From Antedon mediterranea (Eukaryota > Animalia > Echinodermata), in NCBI RefSeq assembly GCF_964355755.1, contig NC_092674.1, positions 10,850,001 to 10,914,000 on the forward strand: a stretch of DNA of 64,000 nucleotides, in the 5' to 3' direction. The notes under the pieces were generated by a model. The model made no database searches, was not told the DNA's origin, and saw only the letters and a list, made by a program, of their open reading frames with translations. Shown piece by piece: positions 39,301 to 50,800 of the stretch. Each line of letters starts with the position of its first letter. Within the stretch, counting starts at the first letter, position 1. A program made the position numbers and the translations under genes.

Positions 39301-41733
39301 GAAGCCGATTTTGAACAGACATTTAAGATTATTTTCCGATCGTCCGATCCTAAAGTAACTTTTATATTACAATTATGTCATTTGATATTCTTATTATTAA
39401 TTTACAAATATGAATTTAAATTGTAGAAGTACAAAATTAATTTATTTTTCAAGTTTAATTTTAATACCTCATGCAGCAAATAGGCATTTTAACAAACTCA
39501 AACTTCTTTACATTTGATATCTTTTTTTTGTTTCTGACAGGACCGTTTGAAGTCAACATTAAGTATCAAGGTAACAACAAGTAATGTTCGTGAACGAGGC
39601 AAGTAAAGGTTTTACATACCATTACCCTTGACCTGTTACAGTAGTTTTTTTGGCCGGAAATTGCGCATTTGTGATTACACTCTATGAGCCATTTTGGTGT
39701 TGCACAACAAGGATAGCCTACTAAGTCCCTAGACTTGTTTCCGGTGGGGTCCTTCTGGTGGTGAATGGACTGGGATCTCCTACCCTTGTTCGAGGAGATG
39801 TACTCCATTCTTTAACGTGCACATGAGCCTTGTTGCACACAGGACCAACAGCTTAATGTCTCAACCGAAAGACAGTATGCTATTTAGACATGTATTCCAA
39901 CCCACCTGTTGGAACACACAAAGAGTGGCGATGAGATTCGAACTGTGGATGTAGACCGAAGGAAACATGGTATTTTACACTGATGGAGCAATGTATACTT
40001 CACATTAAATCACAGATGTGAATCCAATTAATATATGTTAATATTTATTTACATACAGGTGGTTTTCTAGTTGGTTCTCCTGAAAATGTGTCAAGAAGCG
40101 TGATGCTCACTGAAGAAGATTTACAGTATTACGTCCAACAATTTAAAAAGAGTGGTTTTAGGTAAAATATGATTTACACCATTTCTGAACCGAGCAAGGA
40201 AAAGAGTGTTGATGTTTACACCTCTAGTATTTAATGTGTAGTGTTGTGGGTATCAGTGGCTGAATTTCAATGGATATAAAAAGCTAAAAGCTAAATCAAT
40301 GAAACAGCAGAAAGAAATGGCAGAGCTTTCAGGTAAAACTAACCCTTCCTCAGTGCAAGGTAATAAGCTATAAATAAGCAACGCTGATAAATTGGCAACA
40401 AAGATAAAAAGTATTTTGAATACCATTATAATATTCTTATTTTATAGAGGACCTTTAAATTGGTATCGGAATGTTGAAGCTAATTGGAATTGGACCAAAA
40501 AAGCTGCTGGACGAAAGGTACAATATTGTGTAATTTATACAGGTATTTCATTTATAGAAAATATTTATTTGTTTCAACCTTTTGAATTCTGATAATAATA
40601 CACTATTGTCTTTAGATATATGCACCGTCTTTAATGATCACAGCAGGAAAAGATGTTGTGCTGACCCCAGAATCTAGCAGCCATATGGAGAAATGGGTGA
40701 GTATTGCTTTTTTACATAAATTTGTTTTTAAATAAATCATATTAATTGAAGCAAACCCAGATTTCTTTGATATTTTCAATTTGTTATTCTATTCCAGATT
40801 CCAAATTTGACCCGAGGTCATATTGAAGAATGTCAACACTGGACGCAAGTTGAAAGGTACAAAAAATTGTTTTGGAAATTGCCATAAATAAATTGAAATT
40901 TGAATATACATACTGTATACCACCAATGAAAAAAAACGCTTTCCTTGCCCATACCAAATTGATAGTTGAAGACACTATACCTGCAATTTTTTACATTTTC
41001 TTGTCGTACATTTGCATTCTAAGGTTAATGTTGATAAAAAGAGAAAAGCAAAGCACTACCTAAGTAGCTTGCGTCGAATGTTCTTCTCTCGTAAACGTCT
41101 CTGGGTCTAGCTTTGTAGGCCTAGCTGGTAAAGAGCGGTAATATACAATTGTACGCTGCTATAAGCCAACCTAGCTTTGTAGGCTGAATTAATTGTTTTT
41201 CTTAAATTATTATAGAATCGACTTATTTTTTTTTAACTGTTTAAAATTTAAATGTTTAAAAACAGATAAAATTATCGTAATAGGTCCATAATAAACTATT
41301 ATTTTTTTACATAAAATGTAGTGTGTGACCTTAAATTAGGTCTAGTGTCTTTAATAAGTATAACAAAAGAATTAAGGATATACAGATTATACAAGGTAAA
41401 CCTTATCATATAGAGTTGCAGAGTTATAAACACTATATCAAAGAAAAAAGTTGTAAAATATGTATTTCATTGACTGGCCCTATATGCACAAATATAGTAA
41501 AAGACGAACAATACTATATTAGATTATGGTTTTACATTAATATGTTATAACTTGTGGGAGTTGTCTCTCTTCTTAGTGTATATGTTTGTCATAGTTATTT
41601 TCGAAAGTGTTGATAAAGTTACTAAACATGACATTGTTCATGTTTTTTTCACAGGCCTAAAGAAGTGAATGAAATACTGATCAAATGGTTGAATGATGTC
41701 CATAAAGGTGGCAGCAGTCAGTCCAATCTATGA
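30353..41733 (+). CDS. EPHX2: Bifunctional-type soluble epoxide hydrolase (N-terminal HAD domain plus alpha/beta-hydrolase)
   Basis: Exons 30353-30462, 31465-31549, 32013-32169, 34769-34962, 35095-35217, 36182-36346, 36894-36972, 37053-37087, 37829-37941, 38397-38511, 39280-39354, 39541-39598, 40059-40161, 40448-40517, 40616-40696, 40798-40856, 41655-41733. Motifs AVVFDMGGV, LTNN, KPDPEIF, FLDDIGQNL, HGWPESWYSWRYQ, GHDWGG, FDYQMYFQ, GPLNWYRN, AGKDVVL and CQHWTQVERP. Confidence 0.93.
32857..34218 (+). mobile_element. 5'-truncated Rex1/Babar-like LINE in EPHX2 intron 3
   Basis: Open RT frame: DFRPIAITSNLMKCLERL, FFDFSSAFNTI, GAPQGCVISPFLF, KYADD, KTKEMIIDFRK, QRLYFLRKL, DPTHPLH; stop at 34052; AATAAA then (CTTGAAT)n tail; possible TSD GAAAATG. 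Confidence 0.93.
37288..37565. mobile_element. hAT-like MITE
   Basis: GTGGTGGTGCCAGG...CCTGGCGCCACCACTG, flanked on both sides by AGCTGAA. Confidence 0.55.
39740..39945 (-). mobile_element. Degenerate SINE with a related Deu/Nin/Meta-like core (second family)
   Basis: CTCCTACCC...TTCTTTAACGTGCAC...CACAGGACC...TGTCTCAACCGAAAGAC parallels the core of the 42.3-kb SINE; box B-like GATTCGAAC near 39935. Confidence 0.5.
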
Positions 41734-42259
41734 TAGTATGTAGGGGTAATCTAGGCCTACAAAGGGAAATCAATCTATGATAGTATGTAGGGGTAATCTA
41801 GGCTGGTTCCATGACGATTCGGAATCTAGGCCTACAAAAGGAAATCAATTGCTTATTATTGACATGGCTTTGGTTCAAATCATAGCCCAGACCTCTCACT
41901 ACATTAGTTTTATCATGATCCAAAGCAGATCAACTAATATACCTCAATAATATATATGCATATATTTTAAAATGCTAGCAATATACAAAAGTATACATAA
42001 ACAAATTGAGTAAAAAGTATAATAAAATGTTAAAAAATGAGTTCTCTCATAAAAATGTTAAATAAATTTAAATAAATTTAAAATTTAAATAAAATATTTT
42101 TATTAATAATTTGAAATAATAAATGAATATTACCGGTATGACATAATCATGACATGGTAAGTAAAATGACTGGAATAAAATAAAGAGGATGTGATCACCA
42201 GTTTCTGTATTTTTTTACAACTTTTATTATATTCAGCACATGAATGAATATAAATCTCT

Positions 42260-42581
42260 TTTTTTGTTTGTTTGTTTTATCTTTATACTGGGTGGCCTCT
42301 TCAGTCAAAGACTGATCTCCCAGAGGGCCCAGTTGGTGATAATGGCTGTGGCTGTAATGTACTAATACACCGGGGTAACCCCCTACTCGTCTCGAAAGAT
42401 GTACTAGGTTCTTTAAAGTGCACGCGAGCAAGTTGTGTACACTGGACCTACGGTTTATAGTCCTTATCCGAGAAGACTCGTTCTACCACCAGAACCATGG
42501 AGTGAGTGAGCCTCGAACCCCTGCCGATGTTATGGCTACGTGATTACGGTTCCACTGTCTTAACCGCTCGGCCACTCACTC
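42260..42581 (-). mobile_element. Full-length tRNA-derived SINE with Deu/Nin-like central domain
   Basis: On the - strand: head GAGTGAG-TGGCCGAGCGG (box A)...GGTTCGAGGC (box B)...CTCACTC-CA; core GGATAAGGACTATAAACCGTAGGTCC...GTGCACTTTAAAGAACC...GAGTAGGGGGTTACCCCGGTGT (resembles the AmnSINE1/DeuSINE core as recalled); 3' stem-loop and (AAAC)n tail. Confidence 0.85.
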
Positions 42582-44819
42582 ACACCGAGTGAAAAAACTA
42601 ATGCACTAATGATAAACATAAATTTTTGAATGTTTAAGAGTAAAAAATAGAGTAAAACATCATCAATAGTTATGTAGTGATTATTTTGGCATGATTAATA
42701 CATGGGTCATTGGTGAAGAGGGAGCAAGTGGCCATATTCGCTACTAGGCGTAAATGACTTAAAACTCTCAGCGAGTGAAAGTGAATACCATATATGAAAA
42801 ATCTTCAAGGTTTTACATTTCTATTTACAGTATTATAAACTATACATTTTATATTTCTATAACACGTCATGTGTTTATATCGTTATCCCGGTAACAATTT
42901 TATTCTTTCGATTTATATTTACATGAATGGGTTCATGTGAAATTCCTATCTTCAAACATTAAGAAAAAGCTGTGTAGCAACACAACAAAATAGGACGGCA
43001 CCCAAAGCACAAACACTAACATTGTAGGGTTATTGCAAATGTTTGAAAATGAAGAACGGCAGAACTTACCTTCTCTCCTCTCTCCACAATCAATATTAAT
43101 GCTTTTTGGAATAACTTAAACCTTAACATTTTTACCCTCAGCCTCTAAAATGTACAAATATGTACTTGTTGATGGATGATGAGATTCCTGTTCCTAGCGA
43201 TTGTCGTGAAGTGTATAAAACACTGGGTTAAATATTATTATGCTTGCGTTGTGTAGCAGTGGGAACCAAGCTTAACTTTGTACCTACTACACTGTTAAGC
43301 TTGGTTGCCACTGGAGAAACAAATGACAAGCGACTTTTCGAATAATCCATCGCCTGAGATTTGTCAAATCACTTTGCATTACATCCTAGTGGGAACCAAG
43401 CTCTACGTTGCGTTATGTCCTTGCGCTGTGTCTCTAGTGGGAACCAAGCTTTACACCGCAATATGCATTGAGCATTCAAGAGAACTGTTGTCCTAAATAA
43501 AAGCAAGGCAATCTAGTAACAGTCGAATAAAGATGGGATCCAGTTAGCTGGTGTGATAAGTTTAACTGAACCCTAATGCAAATAAGTTGGTCACTTATTA
43601 ATGTCGACTTAATGGGTAATTAAGTCAATAAGTTAATTAATTAAGTTAATAAACTATGTCTCTCGCACAATCATTGAGATACTATCATTTCACGATTGAA
43701 GGCGATGGAATTCTTCGGGAGTACGATTTTGCAATATTGTTGAAATTCTTAAAATGCCTCTACAAGGATTTTATATTGACTTGTAAAAAATTGTTTTATA
43801 TATCTATATATATATATATATGTTTCATATTCAGAGTTCCTCAATATGTTTTAAACAGACTTGATAAATGGATGGAGAAATTACTCATTTGTCAAAGTTT
43901 TAATTCATTAAAAAATGTACATCTAGGTATTCTTTACACAGGGAGAATTGAATAGGAGATATAACTTATTCATAATCATAGCATTTGTTGTTGAGTTGAA
44001 AAATATGCTTTATACTTGGAGCAGAAAGCAAGTAAATAGTAAAACACATACATTTCTTAAGATTGAATTTAAAATTTGAAAAAGTTCATGTATCTATCGA
44101 TAGTTTTATTGATACAGTATATAATAATAAGTAGGAAATATCACATATTTGTGTACCTCGCTCTGTACATCAATTTCACATTTTCCTTAAACATCATAAT
44201 TTTATTTACTATTTGATTTGGACATGATTTCCCATCTACAATTACTAAAGCAAAAGAACAGAAGAAACAATGCACGTGACATGACTACAACGATTATTTT
44301 GCAGGGGATTTGATTTAAGATTAGCTCCCTTGTTTTACAGCGATCACAGTGTTAACATCCTAGAACATTTAGAACAAAATATAAGATAGAAATAATCCCC
44401 ACAACAGAAATTACCTCTTTGCATCGTGAAAATGTCTATATAAGTCTACAATCATTTTCAACATCATATGTCACTGTATCTGTCATTTATTTATCCTACC
44501 TATACAAACTGATATATTATTTTGAAAAGTATCCTTAGCTACAAAATTCCAATACCATTTTTTTCAGACAAGTTAAAATATTACAATATTCCTTATTTCT
44601 TTGAAAGCTTGTCATACGTCTGTCAATACATCATAAGGAATGACAATGGAAATATAAAATAAAATATCAATAATAAAACTTACAATCTCTTCTCAAAATT
44701 TTTTTTGTACTTTTTTGTTCTGAAAAAGAGATGTTTTTTCAGATAGTAATACAAAGTTATTTTCAACTCTCTGTTCAATATTAACAATAATACAAGTCCA
44801 TTTTTAATATATTACGCTT

Positions 44820-47800
44820 CTATAACCGGTCAACCAGTTGCGTTAATTGGTCCTGAGCTGACATTGCCCCTAAATCTTGATCTCCCTGTTGGCCTAACGT
44901 TGGGTTTGCAGCAGGACTTTGTAACTGATTCATGCCCGCAGCTTGTGCTATCATGCTCTGGTCAGTTTGCATGGCATCGGGGCCAACACCGCCAGGGTGT
45001 GGTGAATGTGTTTGTGATGCGGGGTGGGGAGATTGCTGTGCAGAATGCGTCCTTGGCGAAGGCACCGGTTGAGATTGCGGCCTCGGTGGAGGATTCGGAG
45101 ACCGCACCTGCCCCAGTGAATTCGCTGCGGTGGCCATTGTTTGGGGCGACCTGACTTGTTGCATAACTTGTTGGGGCGATCGACCCCCTATCATTGGTTG
45201 TTGATTTGGCACCATACCCTTTGTCTGATTTTGCATTTGCTGATTTTGTATCATTTGGATATGAAGATTATTGGTACCTTGCATGTTAACATTGTTACTT
45301 TGTTGCTGCTGCTGCTGCTGTTGTTGCTGTTGGTGCTGTAACTGTTGCTGCAACATGAGCAGTTGCTGCTGCTGTTGGTTGCGTCTTTGTTGCAGCTGTG
45401 CTTGGTTAAATTGATTCATTTGATTGCTTTGTTGAGCCTGCATCTGTTGTGCTTGCATTTGTTGCATCTGAGGTTGCATCTGTGGCTGCTGCATCTGCTG
45501 TGCCTGAATCTGGTTCTGTTGAGTTAACCTAGCCTGCAACAACCTCTGCTGCTGCTGTTGTCGCAACCACTGTTGTTGCCTCTGCTGCTGTTGCTGCTGC
45601 TGTTGTTGCTGCTGTTGCACTTGTTGCTGTTGTACTTGTTGTGGGAATTGTTGTTGACCTGGTTGTTGCTGTGGCATGTTTTGTTGTTGCTGTTGTTGCT
45701 GTTGTTGATTTTGCTGAGACCTCTTTATAAAAGCTGCCATAAGCAATGGATTGGATTTCAGGAGGGTCATCACTTGTTTTTGTTGTTGAGGTGATGAAGG
45801 TGATTTTAAAGTTTGAAGAAGTTGCTGCAAAAGTTGCGGTGAAAAACCGGGTCGTTGTTGAATACCAGCCCCTGGCATGTTAGGCTGCATTGCACCTCCT
45901 AGACGTACATTTGGCGAATTCTGAATAGCTTGCATGGTCTGCATACCAGCCATGTTTGGATTAGGCATGTGTTGTTGCCAGTCCATTTGCATCATTGGAT
46001 TCGGTGCAGCTTGGTTCTTCATTGCAAGCTGTTGCTGCATGGTAAACTGCATTGGTTGTTGCGGTTGCTGCTGCTGCTGTTGAGGAGGTGGTTGTTGTTG
46101 TGGAGTAGTCATCTGCGACATGTGACCACCAAGTTGATTTTGCATCGGTTTCCCTGTCGACCTCATTGCGTTGGGAAATCGCATAGAACCTCTAGCTGCT
46201 GCTTCCTGTACTTCGTGAGCAGCCCTGATTGCACCAACTGGCGGAACCAGTTGGGGTTTCATACCAGGCTGCGGAGTCATGCTTGAGTGTTGCGATTGTT
46301 CTTGGTGAGTAATTGCAGGCGTTGGTTTTGATGCCACCTCTTGGCTGGATTGCATGCCACCTGGCGATGGTTTCGGAACCTGTGGTTGGCTAGACACTCC
46401 AGCAGGGGCAGTTTGTTGCTGCATAGCAGCCATACGACGGCGCAACATTTGCGCTTGCTCAAGTCTCTGTTGCAACTGTTGCTGCCGTAATTTGTGCTTA
46501 ATATTCACACAGAATGGCACAGGGCATTTCTGCTCAGAACAATGTTTTGCATGGTAACAACACAGCGCAATAAGCTGTTTGCATATCGGACAGCCTCCAT
46601 TCGTTTTCCTTTTGCAGCTTTTTGTATGTTGCACAACTCGCTTCATTTTCTGGCAACTTGCCATTCGACAATTAGCGTCGCGACACTGGCAAGCATGAAC
46701 CAATGATTGGATACATCGACGAATAGACTCTTTTCGTGCATCCTGTGGGTTTCGCATACCACCTTTTCCTCCATCCACATCAATTTCAAGACCCCATTTC
46801 TCCATTTTGTGTTCATGTCCAAGTCTTTGGTAACAAGGTACACACAGATCATAATCCTGTAAAAGAAATATAGTGTTTTAAGTACGCACTACTGGCAATA
46901 TTGATGAAAGAAATCCTATTCAAAAAACGTCAATCAATACATTTTTTTTTCTTGCCAAAAACTTCAACCTGACATGACAATTGGAAAGGAAAAGAGAAGA
47001 GCACCAGACCAAAGGGAAACGAGATAGGAATCATATATTTAGACGAAACATCTGTAATATACATTAATATCATACAGTAACCTCTATGTTTGGACATAAG
47101 GGAAATCTCTATTACTGGGACACCCCAATTCAGGAGACATCTCTATTACTGGGACACCCCAATTCAGGAGACATCTCTATTACTGGGACACCCCAATTCA
47201 GGAGACATCTCTATTACTGGGACACCCCAATTCAGGAGACATCTCTATTACTGGGAATAGAGGACAGGGGACATCGTTATTAAGGGGACACCCCTATTTG
47301 GGAGAAATATATATTAGGGGACATCTCTATTCAGGGACATCACTATTCAGAGGACATAACGATTCAGGGGGCATCTCTATTCAGGTACATCACTATTCAG
47401 AGGACATAACGATTCAGGGGGCATCTCTATTAAGAGGACACTTTCCTGTGAAATGAACATGGGGATATATATATATTTCAAAAGGTGTCTAATATATATT
47501 GTATACCCATTTTAAAAAGAAATTCCATAAAACAAAAATACTACTCACATCACAAACCAGACAATGATATCTTGTTTCCACATGATTTCTACAATCATTA
47601 CAGGTATATACAAACTTCTCTTGTCCTTGATTGTGTAGCTCTACGAGCATCACCATTGTTGAGTTTTTAGCTCTCCGTAACGATGAGAATTCAAGGTGCT
47701 TTTCCCTAGCTAACGTTAAGAAAGCATCACGCCCGTCCATCAAATCACAACTAATAAAGCTATCTGGATCTTGTATAGGCTCAGTGTTCTGGCAGGGATT

Positions 47801-50800
47801 ATCACAGAGACGAATCACAAAGAAAACCTGCAGATTAAACATTTAGAAGGTAATGTTTGTGTTTTAAATATCCAGACCATATGTATTTAGTTAGTAACAG
47901 CGAGCTACACAGTGCTCTGATAGGTTATTAGTTAATTACCCTTCAACTCTCATATAAAAAACATCATACCCGCAAGTTCATCACATACTTCCAACTGAAA
48001 TCGTTGGCAATGTTTCAAATTTACTATCGTAAACACGTTATTAAAGGAAATGATGATAATATGTACATCCGTAGATACATAAGTAACTGCAAGGTTACAA
48101 ACTTAAAAATTATCTTTATTTTTGTAAATGGTAGTGTTCACAACATTCTGTTATTCGTTCAGTATGACTCAAGATAAATAGCAACGACAAAATAATTCTA
48201 CTGCAGTTCCTTTAATGACTGCCGATGTATTTAATTGTAAGCCAAAAACAGATGTTTAATATATTGATGCTACTGCAATACCCTTTTGAGCATACACTAC
48301 CCATGATTTTTGGTTTATTTATGGACCACATCAAAATGATTCTACTGCAGTAAACACATTATTTTACTGCAACAATGTATGAATTTAGTTTGTTTTAATC
48401 ATGTTTATGAGGGAGTCATTAAACAGTATTTATGGACCACATCAAAATGATTCTACTGCAGTAAATACATTATTTTACTGCAACAATGTATGAATATGGT
48501 TTGTTTCAATCATGTTTATGAGGGAGTCATTAAACAGTATACAGTAGTAGTTACTGCAGTAGTGTAATTGTGAATTGAATCCAAAATGTGTATTTATTAA
48601 TGACTCATTTTGACAAACCTATTTTTTATTTTAAATATAATGATTTTGTTTTATTATAAATTATATGATTATACTATATTCAATTGTATGTTTATATATA
48701 GAACTCACACTTGTATCCAGTGGCCGTATTCACCAATCTCACTTAGGGAAATCCTTAGGATTTAAGGGAAATATCTCACTTAAGTTTGATTGGTGAATAC
48801 GGCCACTGGACTTTATAATACAAAATATTTGTACAGAAATATATTTTATTGATGTGTATTGTATTTGATGAATAAAGATATTGATTGATTGACTCTGTCT
48901 ACACTATCAAGGTTTATGTGACAAAAAAATGTGATGTGCCCATATATGGACATATTTTTAAAATTTTTATACAACTTCTCACTAAATCTGTTAGTGAAGG
49001 ATCTTGACCAACAGGAGATAAACGTATCACACTTTTTTTTGTCGTCAAACTAGCTTGATAGTGTAGACCAGGCTTAAGACTCAAACTCACCTCTTTATGC
49101 TTTTCCATAGTAGTGAAGAGTTTCTGAGACAGGTCGCTTCCCTGGTTAGGAAAATTGCTCTTTTTGTTGTTCTTGGTCCTAGGATTGTTTTTGTTCTTCT
49201 TGGCTTTCTTCTGGTTCTTTTGATTCTTCTGGTTCTTCTTGTTCCCCGTTTGACTCTGCAATAATGACAACTTACAAATATATATTTCCAAATTATAGTA
49301 GTGAACTAAATTTAAACACATAAGACATAATCAAATAGCAGGGCACTCAAGAACACAAGAATACATTATAGAGATATTATGATTTGTTGTTTGTGGGTGT
49401 AGCAGTGTCTGGCTGGTCAATGGAAAGGGCTTCAAACAGCTATCTCATTGCTAGCTACCATATTGTAAGTGCTTCATAAGTTGTGATAAAGCTTTCATTG
49501 GGCTTCAAAATTCCATCTTATTGGCTTATCGTGGCTTACCATATTTAAAGAGATTGTTTCATGGGTTGGATATATTTTAAACTTTGATCGGCTTCAAACT
49601 GCTGTCTCATTGGCTGATCTACAGCATGGGTTGGATGCATTTAAGCTATCAAACCTTTGACCTTTACAGGAATTGGGGAATAAAGATCATTTTTACCTCA
49701 TCAACGGCCGCACTGGCAGCTGCTGCAGCCTCCGCTGCCTTCTGCCGTTCCTCCTCTTCTTGATCCAGCTCTTTGATGCTCTCTTCAAGGACATTTGGCC
49801 AGAAATCTCCTTCAAAATATGGCAATTGGTTGGCATGTGTCAATCCATCATCTAATGCAGACTTTAAAATATCCTATACGCAACAAAGAAAAAAAGGAAT
49901 GGTAAAATCTTATGGTAGCACTTTAAACAATCCACTACATCTTTCAGGAAGAGTAGAGGCTATAGGTCATTGTGGAATAATAAGCGTCACTTTTGGACGC
50001 TGTATGACACAAGGGTTAAAGTTGTTGTTAGTGTTGTTCACACCTGTGCAAAATTCAGCCCATTAGGTTGCAAATTAGGCTAATCTCCTATATTTACATT
50101 TTTATTAAAGTTATAAGAATTATGTAATACAAATATAAAGATGCAAAAATGTGTATCATTGTTGTCAGTCTTTAGAAATATTGGTGACTTTCACGTCAAC
50201 TTTGACATGATTACATCCTTTGAGACGTCGCGCATGCGCCAAGTCGTCTTCCTCATTCACTAGCTGGCTTGACGGTTAGGTGACTCTGATGCCGCCATCT
50301 TTATATAGTCGTCAAAAGCAGTCAACTTGGTGGGAACGCATCACAGGTTTTTGTGTCCGCGTTCACATGATCTAATGGTGTTAATTCCAATAACAAGGTT
50401 TTACTACTGTACACATTGATCTCTACAGTCTAAAATAAGAACTTTTCAATTACCTTGTAGTCTATGACCACTTTGTCTTGAATGGCTTTATCCAACATTT
50501 TCTTGTACCATTCTTGCAGCCTCTTGGGTTTTGGAATCTTCTGTTCCGTTGGATGGCAATGGAAGATGTAATCATCCCCTTCACTGGGAGGGCACGCCCA
50601 AATATGCGCCCATTCATACCTAACATATCAGTATCAATAGTTATGTATAACACAAAATTAAGCAATGAATTAGATTACGCTTTTTGAGTTAAGCTCTGTC
50701 TACACTATCAAACTAGTTTGACAAAAAAAGTGTGATGTGCCCAAATATGGTAGTGATCCATGTCCATATGGGCACATCACATATTTTTGTCACATAAAGT

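Noticed and set aside
42498-42581. Functional tRNA gene
   Set aside because: No proper anticodon arm, and it is continuous with a SINE body and tail.
44864-46706. Leu-rich and other + strand ORFs
   Set aside because: They are antisense shadows of the CAG/CAA-rich CBP terminal exon.
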